64,000 nt of DNA from Desulfobaccales bacterium (GCA_052147455.1 JBKQKO010000128.1:7548-71547); one strand, 5' to 3'. Positions 19,651 through 30,346 are shown, numbered from the stretch's first letter. Notes: generated by a model from the sequence alone, not told the origin. A program made the numbers and translations.

Positions 19651-19696
19651 TGGTTAATTGATTTGTGGAGCCCTGGCATACCCCTTCTCTTTTCTT

Positions 19697-19731
19697 ATAA
19701 ACCGAAAACTGAAAACCCAAAACCGATAAAT
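19697..19731 (+). repeat. heptad array (ATAAACC GAAAACT GAAAACC CAAAACC GATAAAT) in the sense strand upstream of EF-G
   Basis: Read directly. It is roughly the inverted counterpart of the 19602-19650 array in the same divergent spacer. Confidence 0.8.
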
Positions 19732-19804
19732 GTCTTTTAAGGTTGAAAGTGCAGGCAAATTCATTTAAAAAAAATCGTGGCTCCAATTTTTTCGGAGAAG
19801 TCCC

Positions 19805-21853
19805 GTGTCCAACCCCAGGCTCATGGCCATCCGCAATATCGGCATCATCGCCCACATCGACGCTGGGAAGACTACTCTCACGGAGCGCATCCTTTATTAC
19901 ACCGGCCGCACCCACAAGATGGGGGAGGTGCATAACGGCGCCGCGGTCATGGACTGGATGCCCGAAGAGCAGGAACGCGGCATCACCATCACCGCGGCGG
20001 TGACCACCTGCCAGTGGAAGGGGTGCGTCATCAATATCATCGACACCCCGGGACATGTGGACTTCACCATGGAAGTGGAGCGCTCCCTCCGGGTTCTGGA
20101 CGGCGCCATCGGGGTCTTCGACGCGGTGAGCGGGGTGGAGCCCCAGTCGGAAACCGTCTGGCACCAGGCCGACAGATACCGGGTGCCGAAATTGGCCTTC
20201 ATCAACAAGATGGACCGCCTGGGCGCCAACTTCTGGGCCGCGGTGGCCTCCTTGAAGGAGAAACTGGGGGCCCATCCCCTGGTGCTCACCATCCCCTGGG
20301 GGGAAGAAGACCAGTTCCAGGGGGTCATCGATCTTCTGGCCATGAAGGCCCTGAAATGGCGGCAGGAAACCCTGGGGGTAGCCTTCGAGGAACTAAAGAT
20401 CCCCCCGGACCAGGAGGCCGCGGCAGCCGCGGCCCGGGAAGCCCTGGTGGAGGCCCTGGCGGAGGTGGACGACGAAGTGATGGAGGCCTATCTGGCAGAA
20501 CGCCGGCTGCCCCCGGAGGAGATCAAGGCCGGGGTGCACCGCGCCACCCTGGCCCTCAAGGGGGTGCCCACCTACTGCGGCTCCGCCCTGCGCAACAAAG
20601 GGGTCCAACCCCTGCTGGATGGCATCAAGGATTTCCTGCCCAATCCCATGGAAGTGCCTGCCATCCTGGGGCAAAACCCCAAAACCGGGGCATCCGAACC
20701 GCGGCCGGCCCGGGACGACGGCCCCCTGGCTGCCCTGGCCTTCAAGATCATGGTGGACCAAAACCAGCGCCTCACCTATGTGCGCCTCTATTCCGGCACC
20801 CTGAAGGTGGGCCAGGAGGTCTTTAACCCGGTCAAAGGCGTCTCCGAAAAGGTGGCCCGCATCCTGTGGATGCACGCCAACAAGCGAGAACCCCTGGAGG
20901 AGGCCCACGCCGGCAGCATCGTCGCCCTCCTGGGCCTGAAGGCCACCACCACCGGAGACACCCTGTGCAGCCGGGACCGCCCCATCGTCCTGGAGCCCAT
21001 CTCCTCCTACCTGCCGGTAATTTCCCTGGCCATCGAACCGCTGACCCGGGACGATCAGGAGAAGCTGGAACCAGCCCTGGCCCGGGTGTCCGAAGAGGAT
21101 CCCAGCCTGCGCATCCATACCGATGAAGACACCGGCCAGACCCTGCTCTCCGGCATGGGAGAACTGCACCTGGAAGTGATTATCCACCGCCTGCAGCGGG
21201 AGTTCCACGCCCAGGTTCGGGCCGGCCGCCCCCAGGTGGTCTATCGGGAAACCATCGCCCTGGCAGCCGAAGAGTCCGGGACCTTCGACCGGGAATTGGC
21301 AGGCAAACACCACTTCGCCGAAGTGCGCCTGAGCCTCTCCCCCCGTCCCCGGGGCTCAGGCAATGCCTTCGTTTCCCTGCTGGCCGCGGAACACCCGGCC
21401 CAGGGCTGGGTTGCGGTCATTGGCCGGGCGGTGCAGGAAGCCCTGGAAGGGGGGGTGGTCTACGGCCACCCCGGGGTGGATGTGGCCGTGGCCCTGGCCG
21501 GGGCCGCGATCAAAGAGGGCCAGGCCTCGGAGATGGCCTTCCGCATCGCCGCCACGGCCGCCCTGAGGCAAGGGTTTAATCAGGCCCAGCCCCAACTGCT
21601 GGAACCCATCATGAAGGTGGAGATCATCACCCCGGAAGAGTTCACCGGGGAGGTCGTGGGAGACTTCGCGGCCCGCAAGGGCAAAGTGGAACAGCTCCTC
21701 GCCAAGGGGCCGGTGCGCCTCATCACCGGCGCCGCCCCCCTGGCGGAGATGTTCGGCTATGCCACCGCCCTGCGCTCCCTGACCCAGGGGCGGGGCACCT
21801 TTACCCTGCAGTTCGACCATTACGGCTCCGTGGAGCGGCGGGAGGAGAAGTGA
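19805..21853 (+). CDS. fusA: elongation factor G family GTPase (stand-alone paralog, GTG start)
   Basis: G motifs [14 protein letters not shown] and NKMD. 682 aa. It is not in an rpsL-rpsG context. Confidence 0.9.
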   Translation: MSNPRLMAIRNIGIIAHIDAGKTTLTERILYYTGRTHKMGEVHNGAAVMDWMPEEQERGITITAAVTTCQWKGCVINIIDTPGHVDFTMEVERSLRVLDGAIGVFDAVSGVEPQSETVWHQADRYRVPKLAFINKMDRLGANFWAAVASLKEKLGAHPLVLTIPWGEEDQFQGVIDLLAMKALKWRQETLGVAFEELKIPPDQEAAAAAAREALVEALAEVDDEVMEAYLAERRLPPEEIKAGVHRATLALKGVPTYCGSALRNKGVQPLLDGIKDFLPNPMEVPAILGQNPKTGASEPRPARDDGPLAALAFKIMVDQNQRLTYVRLYSGTLKVGQEVFNPVKGVSEKVARILWMHANKREPLEEAHAGSIVALLGLKATTTGDTLCSRDRPIVLEPISSYLPVISLAIEPLTRDDQEKLEPALARVSEEDPSLRIHTDEDTGQTLLSGMGELHLEVIIHRLQREFHAQVRAGRPQVVYRETIALAAEESGTFDRELAGKHHFAEVRLSLSPRPRGSGNAFVSLLAAEHPAQGWVAVIGRAVQEALEGGVVYGHPGVDVAVALAGAAIKEGQASEMAFRIAATAALRQGFNQAQPQLLEPIMKVEIITPEEFTGEVVGDFAARKGKVEQLLAKGPVRLITGAAPLAEMFGYATALRSLTQGRGTFTLQFDHYGSVERREEK

Positions 21854-21897
21854 GTGAGCAGTGACCAGTGAAAGGGGCTAGTGGTCGTAGCATTTGG

Positions 21898-22072
21898 GTA
21901 GCCGCAGGCTTTAGCCTGCGCTATTGTTGTGCTTCGTAATAGTATGGCATTAAATCGAATGAAAACCTAAGTTCCAGGGGTATTAAAGTCCCCCTTTGGA
22001 AAAGGGGGATTTAGGGGGATTTCAGGAGGTTATTTTAAATCCCCCCCCTGCCCCCCTTTTTCAAAGGGGGGT
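21898..22072. repeat. REP-like hairpins and G/C-run palindromes between convergent fusA and prfB
   Basis: GCAGGCtttaGCCTGC, CCCCCTTTggaaAAGGGGG, GGGGGATTT x2 and CCCCCCTTTTcAAAGGGGGG. Confidence 0.7.
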
Positions 22073-22382
22073 TAAAAAACCGTAGTTTGAAATGTTTATA
22101 GCAATTATGAAGCATCACACCAGGGCCGGATTTTAAATACGCCCCTACGGAAACTCTGTTTCTCTTCGGCAGGGGTAATGGGTTGGAGTCCTGCCATGAA
22201 AACCGAGTTGAGGGAAACCGGGAGCCGCGTCATCAAAGAAGGCATGCCGCGCCAGTGCGCCCACGTCCAGGCGGCGGCGCCCTGGAGGGCGGAGTGCCCC
22301 CCGGCCCTCCGGCTGAGTGCGGAAATAACTCCCCGCCCGGGCCGGGCCGGGTAAGGGAAGGCATGAGGGGGTGGGGCGAGGA

Positions 22383-23514
22383 TCAGCGGCCGTTAGCCCG
22401 GGCCGGGGTCTGGAGTTCCTTCTTTTCATCCCGTTCCAGGATATAGGCCTCGATGAAGCCGTCCAGGTCGCCGTCCAGGACCGCATCGACGTTGCCGGCC
22501 TCGTACTTGGTACGGTGGTCTTTCACCAGCCGATAGGGCTGCATCACGTAAGAGCGAATCTGGCTGCCCCAGGCGATATCCTTCTGGGATTCCTGCATCT
22601 CGTGCTTCTTCTCTTGCTGCTTCCGCCTTTCCAGGTCATAGAGCCGGGCCCTGAGGACCTTCATGGCCAACTCCCGGTTGCGGTGCTGGGAGCGCTCCGT
22701 CTGGGAGGAGACCACGATGCCGCTGGGCAGGTGGGTGAGGCGCACCGCCGAGGAGGTCTTGTTGACGTGCTGGCCGCCGGGACCACTGGCCCGGAAGGTG
22801 TCGATGCGCAGGTCTTTCTCCTGGATGTCGATCTGGATGTGGTCGTCCACCTCCGGCAGTACCTGGACCGCGGCGAAGGAGGTGTGGCGGCGGCCGCTGG
22901 CGTCGAAGGGGGAGATGCGCACCAGCCGGTGGATGCCCGATTCGCTCTTCAGATAGCCATGAGCGTAAGGGCCGGAAACGCTGAAGGTGGCGCTCTTGAC
23001 CCCGGCTTCATCCCCCGGCAAGAGGTCGATGGTTTCGCTCTTAAAGCCGTGGCGTTCGGCGTAGCGCAGATACATGCGCAAGAGGATTTCAGTCCAATCC
23101 TGGGCCTCGGTGCCGCCGGCGCCGGCATGGATGGTAACGATGGCGTTGAGCGGGTCTTCCTCGGCCCCCAGCAGCAGCTTGAGCTCCCAATCCCGGAAGG
23201 TTTCCACCAGTTTGGCGAGCTCGCCGGCCACTTCCTTGAAGGCCTTGTGGTCTTCCTCCTCCACCGCCAGGTCCAGGAACACCTCGAGGTCCTCTACCTG
23301 GCGTTCCTTCCCTTGCCAGTCCGCCAGGGCCTGCAGCAAGGCGCCCCGCTCCTTGAGGATCTCCGCGGCTCGGGCCTGGTCGTCCCAGAGTTCCGGGGCG
23401 GCCAGCAGTTCTTCCAAATGGCGCAATCGCACCTGTTTTCCAGCCAGATCAAAGATGACCTCGGAGCAGTTCCAGCCGGTCTTTAAAGTCATTTATCTTA
23501 ACCCGGATTTCCAT
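22383..23514 (-). CDS. prfB: peptide chain release factor 2, requires programmed +1 frameshift
   Basis: Frame 0 from ATG 23514 reads [24 protein letters not shown]. The +1 frame continues [15 protein letters not shown]... with SPF and GGQ motifs. Confidence 0.9.
23449..23460 (-). promoter_or_regulatory. RF2 +1 frameshift site GGT CAT CTT TGA T with upstream GAGG SD-like element
   Basis: Minus strand CGAGGTCATCTTTGATCTG. The CTT TGA shift site is at 23454-23449. Confidence 0.85.
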
Positions 23515-23731
23515 GACGTCGGGTAACATAAGCCATCTCCATTAAGGGTTTTGATGAAATGCGCAGGCGGGAGTGAATCGGCCCCGCTGGGAGCGCACCC
23601 CCGGTACGTCCCGGATTTTTTCAAGGGGCGGCCTCCGCCTCTGCGGCCAGGAGTCGAAACCAGCCTGGGAAATCATCTTATTAAATTTTATCAGAAAAAT
23701 GGGAAATGGGAAGATCCGCAGGCCCCGGGCC

Positions 23732-24469
23732 CTAGTTAAAGAGCAGGGCTCCCAACAATACCGCAACCTCCACCACCTCGTTGGCCGCGCCCAGGGCGTC
23801 CCCGGTGACCCCGCCCAGGGTTCTCTTAAAATACCGGCTCATCAGCCAGATGAGGACCCCGGCCCCGGCCCAGAGGAGCAGACCCTTGAGTCTCAGCAAC
23901 AGCACCGCCAACCCCAAGGCGCTGAGACCGGCCCCGGCCGCGGTGCGGCGGCTCACGGTGGTCATGGCCTGCCCCAGTCCGCCTTCCGGACGGGCGTAAG
24001 GGGAGAGATAGGCGAGGAACACCATACCCCAGCGGCTCACCAGAGGATAAAGGATGAACTCGGCGCGCCAGCCCTGCTGCCCGGCGGCCAGAAAACAGGC
24101 GAATTTCAGCAGCAACACCAGGATCAGGCTCATTACCCCGAAGGCGCCCACCCGGGAGTCCTTCATGAGGCGCCGCCGCTCTTCCGGGGTGCGGCCGCCA
24201 CCCAGGCCGTCCATGGTATCCGCCAGGCCGTCCAGATGGAGGCCGCCGGTGATCCAGACACTGAGGCAAAGCAGCAGGGCCGCGGCCGCCGGCAACGGCA
24301 GCACCCGGGATAACCCCAGCCAGGCCCCCAGGAAGATCAGGCCCAGCAGGGCCCCCACCCAGGGAAACCAGAACAGGGAGCGGGCCAGGTCCTGCGGCGA
24401 CGCCAGCGGCGCCCGGGGCCAGGGCGCCTTGGTAAGAAAGGTGAGAGCCAGAGGAAAGGTGCAATTCAT
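23732..24469 (-). CDS. cobS: adenosylcobinamide-GDP ribazoletransferase (cobalamin synthase)
   Basis: 245-aa membrane protein with the GGLHLDGLADTMDGL motif. Confidence 0.9.
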   Translation of the reverse strand: MNCTFPLALTFLTKAPWPRAPLASPQDLARSLFWFPWVGALLGLIFLGAWLGLSRVLPLPAAAALLLCLSVWITGGLHLDGLADTMDGLGGGRTPEERRRLMKDSRVGAFGVMSLILVLLLKFACFLAAGQQGWRAEFILYPLVSRWGMVFLAYLSPYARPEGGLGQAMTTVSRRTAAGAGLSALGLAVLLLRLKGLLLWAGAGVLIWLMSRYFKRTLGGVTGDALGAANEVVEVAVLLGALLFN

Positions 24470-24595
24470 CGGATTTTCCGGGTTGACTTGCAGAGGCGGC
24501 AGTGCACCGGCCTCCGGGCGGTCAATCGAGTCGCCCGGGCGGCCCCATCACCGGCTGGAAACCTGCGCCACTGTCACCCCTACGCCTGAGAAAGG

Positions 24596-25657
24596 CTACC
24601 CCTCCTTTTCGGACACCCCGGCCTCGGCGAAGGTGGCCATCTCGCGGTAGATCTTGAGGGCGGCCTCCACCAACAGCATCCCCAGGGCGGCGCCGGTACC
24701 CTCTCCCAGCCGCATATTGAGTCGCAGCAAGGGGTTCAGCTTCAGATAATCCAATACTAACTGATGTCCCGGCTCCACCGAGCGATGGGCGGCGATGAGA
24801 TAATCGGTGGCCGCCGGCGCCAGGGCCGCGGCCACCAGGGCCCCGGCGCTGGCGATGAAGCCGTCCAGCAGCAGCGGCCGCCGGGCCGCGGCGCACCCCA
24901 GGATAAGCCCGGCGATCCCGGCAATCTCCAGGCCCCCCACCGCGGCCAGGGTCCCCAGAGGGTCGCTCGGGTCCGGCCGGTGCAGGTTGATGGCCGTGTT
25001 GATGACCGCCACCTTGTGTTGCCAAACCTTATCTTCGATACCGGTGCCCCGGCCGGTGACCGCGCTCACCGGGCGGCCGCAGAAGACCGAGGCCAGGGCC
25101 GAAGCCGGGGTAGTGTTGCCGATACCCATATCGCCGGCGGCGATCAGGTCCACCCCGGCGGCGACGGCCGCTTCAGACCGTTCCACCCCCACCAGCAAGG
25201 CCCGCAGGGCCTCCTCCCGGGTCATGGCCGGCTCCCGGGCCATATTCCGGGAGCCATAGGCCACCTTGCGGGAGATGAGCTCCGGGGCCTCGGCGAAATC
25301 GTGGTTGACCCCGATGTCCACTACTTCCACCCGGGCCTGGGCATGGCGGGCCAGGACATTGATGCCCGCGCCTCCATGGAGGAAGTTGTAGACCATCTGA
25401 AAGGTGACGTCCTGGGGGAAGGCGCTCACCCCTTCGGCGACCACTCCATGGTCCGCAGCAAAAACCACCACCCATTTTCTCTGCAGCTCCGGCCAGGGGT
25501 CCTGGCGGATGGCCACATAGCGGGCTGCCAGCTCCTCCAGGCGACCCAGGCTGCCCGGGGGCTTGGTGAGGGAATCCAGGCGCTCCTGGGCCCGGGCCAG
25601 CCAGGCGGGGTCCACCGGTTCTATCTGGGCGATTATCTGGGATAATTCCTTCATCAT
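24596..25657 (-). CDS. cobT: nicotinate-nucleotide--dimethylbenzimidazole phosphoribosyltransferase
   Basis: 353 aa with GDMGIGNTT and the GSLGRLEEL pattern. Confidence 0.9.
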   Translation of the reverse strand: MMKELSQIIAQIEPVDPAWLARAQERLDSLTKPPGSLGRLEELAARYVAIRQDPWPELQRKWVVVFAADHGVVAEGVSAFPQDVTFQMVYNFLHGGAGINVLARHAQARVEVVDIGVNHDFAEAPELISRKVAYGSRNMAREPAMTREEALRALLVGVERSEAAVAAGVDLIAAGDMGIGNTTPASALASVFCGRPVSAVTGRGTGIEDKVWQHKVAVINTAINLHRPDPSDPLGTLAAVGGLEIAGIAGLILGCAAARRPLLLDGFIASAGALVAAALAPAATDYLIAAHRSVEPGHQLVLDYLKLNPLLRLNMRLGEGTGAALGMLLVEAALKIYREMATFAEAGVSEKEG

Positions 25658-25856
25658 GGGAAATTTACCTTTTACCTTTCGCGACTGATTTTCAGGATAT
25701 CCATAAACCAGTGATTCTTCCGTTGCGCCGAAGGCTGATTAGCTCAGTAGTATCCGGCAACAAAATTGCATGGAGAAGGTTACGCTATCTCGCAGTTAAA
25801 CTCTATACCATTATAATTTCAACGATATCAACATATTATACCGATGCAACTAAATT

Positions 25857-26046
25857 CCCTCTCCCCTGCGAGGGGACGACACCGGGTGAGGGGTGGATTC
25901 ATCGGTCGTTCCATACCCCCCTCACCCTGCCATCTCCCCCCAGGGGGGGAGATGGAAATAACTTGTAAATTCCATGAATTGATTAGCCAGTGGGCATGCC
26001 TGAGTTAAAAAAGATCTCTGGTTTTGGTGGGCAGTGCCCACCCTAC
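25857..26046. repeat. REP-like palindrome cluster inside the cobU-cobT spacer
   Basis: CCCTCTCCCCTGCGAGGGGACGACACCGGGTGAGGGG (same family as 18841), CCATCTCCCCCCAGGGGGGGAGATGG, and GGTGGGCAGTGCCCACCCTAC (also at 29004). Confidence 0.85.
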
Positions 26047-26084
26047 ATGCCTCATAGCAAAAACCTTGCCGGACACTACGGTGA

Positions 26085-26639
26085 TTAGCTCCCCTTTAGA
26101 ACCAGCGGCAATCCTGCCACTACCAGGACCACCAGGTCCGCGGCCCGGGCCACTTGCTGGTGCAACCAGCCGAGGCCGTCCCGGTACCTGCGGGCCAGGG
26201 GACTCTCCGGGACAATCCCCAGACCCACTTCATTGCTGACGAAGATGGTGGGGGTGGTGAGCCTCGAAAGCAGCGCCAGTAGACGCCGGCTCCCCGCCTG
26301 CAAGTCTTCATCCGTGGCTGTTTCCCGGAGCATCAGATTGGCCAGCCACATGGTGAGGCAATCCACCAGGATGGCGCCGTAGCGCCCCTGGCCATGGCTG
26401 ACGGCCTCTGGCAGTTCCAGAGGCACTTCCCGGGTTTCCCAGCCGGGACCCCGTTCCTCCTGGTGGGCGGCGATGCGGGCCGCCATCTCCCCATCCCGAG
26501 CCTCGCCGGTGGCCAGGAAGAGACGGGGGGCCGGGAAAGACTCGGCCAGGGAGATGCCGTAGCGGCTTTTGCCGCTGCGGGCGCCCCCCAAAATTAGAGC
26601 CACCTTGAAGTTTGCCGGTAAGGGTCCGCCAGGATACAT
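26085..26639 (-). CDS. cobU: bifunctional adenosylcobinamide kinase / adenosylcobinamide-phosphate guanylyltransferase
   Basis: P-loop LILGGARSGKS. Start uncertain (ATG 26639 or 26675). Confidence 0.85.
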   Translation of the reverse strand: MYPGGPLPANFKVALILGGARSGKSRYGISLAESFPAPRLFLATGEARDGEMAARIAAHQEERGPGWETREVPLELPEAVSHGQGRYGAILVDCLTMWLANLMLRETATDEDLQAGSRRLLALLSRLTTPTIFVSNEVGLGIVPESPLARRYRDGLGWLHQQVARAADLVVLVVAGLPLVLKGS

Positions 26640-26687
26640 AGTCAACCAACTAATAATAATGAAACTCGGTGCCACAGGGTTCCTGCT

Positions 26688-26782
26688 GGTGAAAACCGTG
26701 GTGTAGCATTGCCGCCTCCCGGGCGGGGAAACCCCGCCCCTACAACCGCCGAGGGCGCTGGCTTTACACCACGATTTTCACC
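26688..26782. repeat. 95-bp compound palindrome with a REP-like core in the cobU/cobO divergent spacer
   Basis: GGTGAAAACCGTGGTGTAG ... CCCGGGCGGGGAAACCCCGCCCCTAC ... TACACCACGATTTTCACC. Confidence 0.8.
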
Positions 26783-26952
26783 GGCTGGAGGTCTGTGCTA
26801 GTAATCGTGCAAAATGTTACCTGAATTGACACCGTCTGCCAAGTGCAAGTCGTCCTTTCCTTGGGTCTGAGCTTTCCCATTGACCCTGGTCGGTAAATTT
26901 GAAAAAATAATAAAATTCACGCCTAGCAGAAACATTGATTAACGGAGAGAGT

Positions 26953-27492
26953 ATGCCCAGAGAACGTCTGGCCCAGGGGCTGCTCCAGGTGTACACCGGA
27001 GACGGCAAGGGCAAGACCACCTGTGCCCTGGGCCTGGGCCTGCGGGCCATCGGCCAGGGATTCCGGGTCTTCATGGTGCAGTTCATGAAAGGCCGGGACA
27101 CCGGCGAGGCCTTGATCGCCGCCCAACGCCTGGCCCCGGACTTCACCCTGCGTCATTTCGGGCGCCAGGCCCTGGTAAACCTGCGGGCCCCAGCCCCTGA
27201 AGATCTGGCCCTGATCCGGGAGGCCTGGGACCTGGCCCGGCAGGTCCTGCAGGCAGGGGAGCACGACCTGGTGATCCTGGATGAAATCAATTTGGCCCTG
27301 GCCTTCAACCTCATTCCCTTGGAGGAGGGACTGGAGGCGCTGCGCCGGCGGCCCCCCTGGGTGGAGGTGGTCCTCACCGGCCGTCAGGCCCCGCCGGAAC
27401 TCATCGAGCTGGCGGACCTGGTAACGGAAATGCGGCCCCTGAAGCACTACTTTGCCGCCGGAGTCCGGGCCCGCCGCGGGATTGAGTGGTAG
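26953..27492 (+). CDS. cobO: cob(I)yrinic acid a,c-diamide adenosyltransferase
   Basis: VYTGDGKGKTT P-loop, LVILDE, TGR. GGAGAG SD upstream of ATG 26953. Confidence 0.85.
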   Translation: MPRERLAQGLLQVYTGDGKGKTTCALGLGLRAIGQGFRVFMVQFMKGRDTGEALIAAQRLAPDFTLRHFGRQALVNLRAPAPEDLALIREAWDLARQVLQAGEHDLVILDEINLALAFNLIPLEEGLEALRRRPPWVEVVLTGRQAPPELIELADLVTEMRPLKHYFAAGVRARRGIEW

Positions 27493-27668
27493 GGTGCGGG
27501 GCCGGGGAGAGCCTTAAATGGCAAGATCTGGCCGCAGGTCGTCGCCACCCTCGGGGCGCCCGCCCTGGCTCATTACCTTACGGGGATTTGCGGGCGGGTT
27601 GGCTACCCGCGCCCGCACGAGACCGGGAATGCCTGATTACGGTCTAAACCGAGCCTAGCGATGCAATT

Positions 27669-28898
27669 ATGACCCCTGGAAAGGTTAAGAGATTCCTGGC
27701 GAACCTGACCTTGGTCCTGGCCGGTGTGCTGGCGGCAGCGCTCTTGCTGGAGGCCGCCCTGCACTTTACCCCATACCGCCGCCTGCTGCTCCGGTCCCAG
27801 TACCTTCGCTACTATTATCAGGCCGACGCCGCCAAGGGCTTCGACATCCGCCCCAACGTCGGCAAGATGCACACCTCGGTGGACATGAGCGTGGATTACG
27901 ACATCTGGTCCAACGAGCTGGGTTGTTTCGATGAACCCTACCGGGGGGAGCCGGACTTCATCCTCCTGGTGGGGGACAGCTTCACCCATATGTTCGCCCC
28001 TTTTAAGGACAAATGGGGCACCCGCATCGAAAAACTCCTGAACTACCGGGTCATCAAGGCGGGAGTCAGCGGCTACGGCACCAAACAGGAGCTATTGAAG
28101 GCCCAGGAGATCATCGCCCGCATCCATCGCAGCCCCCGCCTTATCATCGTGGGCTACTTCTGGGCCGCCTTGGACCGCGACCGCGCCTTTCCCGACATGA
28201 CCGTGGTGGACGGCTTTCTGGTGGTGGCCACCCAATATAAGGACCAGACCGGGCGCCTGGTCAACATCAAGGCCTTGGAAAGGCCTTACAGCTTCTGGGA
28301 TAAACTGACCGGGAACTACCCCTTGGGCTTCCGGCAGTTGGTTGACTTCTTTCTGGATCAGCACTTCATTCTGGTTAACCTGATCAATGATGCCGCGGCG
28401 CGGCTGGTTGTCCCCAAATTCTCGTACGCCAATCCCTTGGATTTTTTGGCCTTTTCCCAGGAGCCCTGGATAGCGCAGGAATGGGTCAAGCACGAAAAAA
28501 ACCTGGCGGCCTTTAAGGAATGGGCCGCGGCCCAGGGGGCCGAGCTGCTGGTGGTGCTGATTCCTACCAATACTCAGGTCTATCCCTTTCTCACCGGAGG
28601 CCGCCAGATCGACCTGGAGCGCCCCAACCGCATTCTGGGCGACTTTCTCCAGACAGAGCAGATCCGCTACCTGGACCTCCTATCCTTTTTCCGGAAATAT
28701 GCCGACGAGACTCCCCGAAAGCGCCTGGATTCGAAAAAAGACCTTTATTGGCAGTCCAATTCCCATTTCAGCTTCAAAGGCGAGCGCCTGGCGAGTTTGC
28801 TGGTTTCCAGGGAGATCCTGAAGGACAACCTGGTGCAGGTGGCGGACCGGGAGGGTAAGCTTAAGGAGATTGAAGAAAAGTTGAATAACTTTCATTAA
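27669..28898 (+). CDS. membrane-anchored SGNH/GDSL-like hydrolase family protein
   Basis: N-terminal transmembrane helix, then block I LLVGDSFTH. The family call is weak. Confidence 0.55.
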   Translation: MTPGKVKRFLANLTLVLAGVLAAALLLEAALHFTPYRRLLLRSQYLRYYYQADAAKGFDIRPNVGKMHTSVDMSVDYDIWSNELGCFDEPYRGEPDFILLVGDSFTHMFAPFKDKWGTRIEKLLNYRVIKAGVSGYGTKQELLKAQEIIARIHRSPRLIIVGYFWAALDRDRAFPDMTVVDGFLVVATQYKDQTGRLVNIKALERPYSFWDKLTGNYPLGFRQLVDFFLDQHFILVNLINDAAARLVVPKFSYANPLDFLAFSQEPWIAQEWVKHEKNLAAFKEWAAAQGAELLVVLIPTNTQVYPFLTGGRQIDLERPNRILGDFLQTEQIRYLDLLSFFRKYADETPRKRLDSKKDLYWQSNSHFSFKGERLASLLVSREILKDNLVQVADREGKLKEIEEKLNNFH

Positions 28899-28954
28899 GG
28901 GGCGGCAGTGGCGCCGGCATCCGGCCGGTGGCAACTCGCTTTGGGGCGACTCGC

Positions 28955-29026
28955 GTAGGGGCGCCTCGATCACAGGCTGGAAGCCTGTGCCACTTTAAGG
29001 AAATGGTGGGCAGTGCCCACCCTACA
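28955..29026. repeat. REP-like palindromes
   Basis: CGCGTAGGGGCGCC, CACAGGCTGGAAGCCTGTG and GGTGGGCAGTGCCCACCCTAC. Confidence 0.75.
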
Positions 29027-30043
29027 CTACTTCCACACCCCGTCCACGGGGGTCTGGCACTTGGGGCATTTGCCGTCTTTCAGCAGGTAACGCCGGATGG
29101 TATAGCCCTGGCGCTCGATGAGGAGTTCCTGGCAGCCGTGGCAATAGGTGTTCTCCCCACCCTCCCCGGGGGGGATGTTGCCGGTGTAGACATAGCGCAG
29201 CCCTGCCTGGATCCCGATCTCCCGGGCCCGGCGCAGGGTGGCCACCGGGGTGGCGGGGCGGTCCATCATCTTGAAGGTGGGATGAAAGGCGCTGACGTGC
29301 CAGGGTACCTCCGGGCCCACCCCCTTGATGAACTGGGCGATTTCGCTCAGTTCCGCCACCGAATCGTTGTGGCCGGGAATGACCAGGGTGGTGACCTCCA
29401 GCCAGATCCCCAACTGTTTGAGGCGCACGATGGTGTCCAGCACCGGCTGCAGCCGGGCCTTGCAGACCTTGCGGTAGAAATCGTCCCTAAAGCTCTTCAG
29501 ATCCACGTTGTCGGCGTCGACGAAATCCGCCAGCGCGGTAGCGGACTCCTCCGTCATGAAGCCGTTGGACACGAAGACGTTTTTCAGGCCCTGCTCCCGG
29601 GCTATTTTCCCCACGTCCTGGGCGTACTCCAGAAAGATGGTGGGCTCGGTGTAGGTATAAGCGATGCTGGCCGAATGGGAGGCCAGGGCGTAGGCCACGA
29701 TGCCCTCCGGCTCCCGCTCGTCCCCCCGGATCAGGCCGCCGTGGACCCGGGGATACTGGGAAATGTCGTAGTTCTGACAATGAAGGCACATGAAATTGCA
29801 GCCCGTGGTGGCGATGGAGTAAGAGCGGGTGCCGGGGAGAAAGTGAAAGAGAGGCTTCTTCTCGATGGGGTCGATGTGTTCGGCGATGATCCGGCCGTAA
29901 TTGAGGCTGAAGAGGCTGCCGTCCCGGTTTTCCCGCACGTGGCAGAGGCCCCGTTTCCCCGGGTCGATCTCACATTGATGGGCGCACAAATGGCACTGAA
30001 CCTTGCGCTCCTCCAGACTTTCCCACATTCTCGCCAGAATCAT
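29027..30043 (-). CDS. AmmeMemoRadiSam system radical SAM enzyme
   Basis: 338 aa with KVQCHLCAHQCEI..GKRGLCHVREN, IEKKPLFHF and the CNFMCLHCQN (CxxxCxxC) cluster. This pattern is typical of that family. Confidence 0.8.
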   Translation of the reverse strand: MILARMWESLEERKVQCHLCAHQCEIDPGKRGLCHVRENRDGSLFSLNYGRIIAEHIDPIEKKPLFHFLPGTRSYSIATTGCNFMCLHCQNYDISQYPRVHGGLIRGDEREPEGIVAYALASHSASIAYTYTEPTIFLEYAQDVGKIAREQGLKNVFVSNGFMTEESATALADFVDADNVDLKSFRDDFYRKVCKARLQPVLDTIVRLKQLGIWLEVTTLVIPGHNDSVAELSEIAQFIKGVGPEVPWHVSAFHPTFKMMDRPATPVATLRRAREIGIQAGLRYVYTGNIPPGEGGENTYCHGCQELLIERQGYTIRRYLLKDGKCPKCQTPVDGVWK

Positions 30044-30212
30044 AGGCCCTCCTCGGGGGCGGCTTCTTTTCTAAATTACAACCTGCGGCCCGAGATGTAA
30101 AGGGCTTCCAGGGCTTAAGAGGCGGGCCGCCGCCAGCGAAAGCGGATCCGGTCAGGCGCGGCAACGGGCCGGCATGAGCGCCAGGCGCGCCTCTTTCCGC
30201 AAGCCCTCACCC

Positions 30213-30241
30213 TTGCCAGGAGACGAATCCTGTGTTAAATA
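30213..30241 (+). promoter_or_regulatory. putative sigma70-type promoter of tRNA-His
   Basis: TTGCCA - 17 nt - TAAATA, ending 9 nt before the tRNA 5' end. Confidence 0.35.
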
Positions 30242-30250
30242 GGAGCGGAT

Positions 30251-30327
30251 GGTGGGCGTAGCTCAGACGGCAGAGCTCCGGGTTGTGGCCCCGGTGGTCG
30301 CGGGTTCAAGTCCCGTCGCTCACCCCA
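30251..30327 (+). tRNA. tRNA-His (anticodon GTG) with encoded G-1 and CCA
   Basis: Folded by hand. G-1; acceptor GTGGGCG/CGCTCAC; D stem GCTC/GAGC; anticodon stem CCGGG/CCCGG with loop TTGTGGC; T arm GCGGG-TTCAAGT-CCCGT; discriminator C; CCA. Confidence 0.95.
30306..30327 (+). repeat. attL core: 22-bp direct repeat (tRNA-His 3' end)
   Basis: TCAAGTCCCGTCGCTCACCCCA is repeated exactly at 51221-51242. Confidence 0.9.
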
Positions 30328-30346
30328 GTAATTTTCAAGTAATTTC

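Noticed and set aside
19598-20275. The N-terminal 226 codons of the 407-aa minus-strand ORF 19052..20275.
   Set aside because: - Only the last 181 codons, from MSCNPP, form a NUDIX protein.
- The upstream part translates the heptad repeat (KLETRNSKLETRNSKLET) and then runs antisense to the well-supported EF-G gene.
21854-22382. The 530-bp gap between convergent fusA and prfB, examined for an ncRNA (6S, SRP, RNase P, tmRNA) or a small gene such as the 52-codon ORF from 22196.
   Set aside because: - I could not recognise any conserved ncRNA core, and the region is largely REP-like hairpins.
- The small ORF has no SD or recognisable motif.
- A covariance-model scan would be the proper test.
26676-26952. 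Possible cobalamin riboswitch in the divergent cobU/cobO spacer. Candidate pieces are GGTGAAAATCGTGG and AGCAGGAACCCTGTGGC on the minus strand, and GGTGCC...AGGGTT...GGTGAAAACC on the plus strand.
   Set aside because: - The pieces resemble parts of the B12 element, but I could not find the AGGGAA/GCCACTG core or a convincing B12 box.
- The similarity comes from both arms of a large palindrome wrapped around a REP-like core.
- A covariance-model search (Rfam RF00174) would settle it; a hit above threshold on either strand would overturn this rejection.
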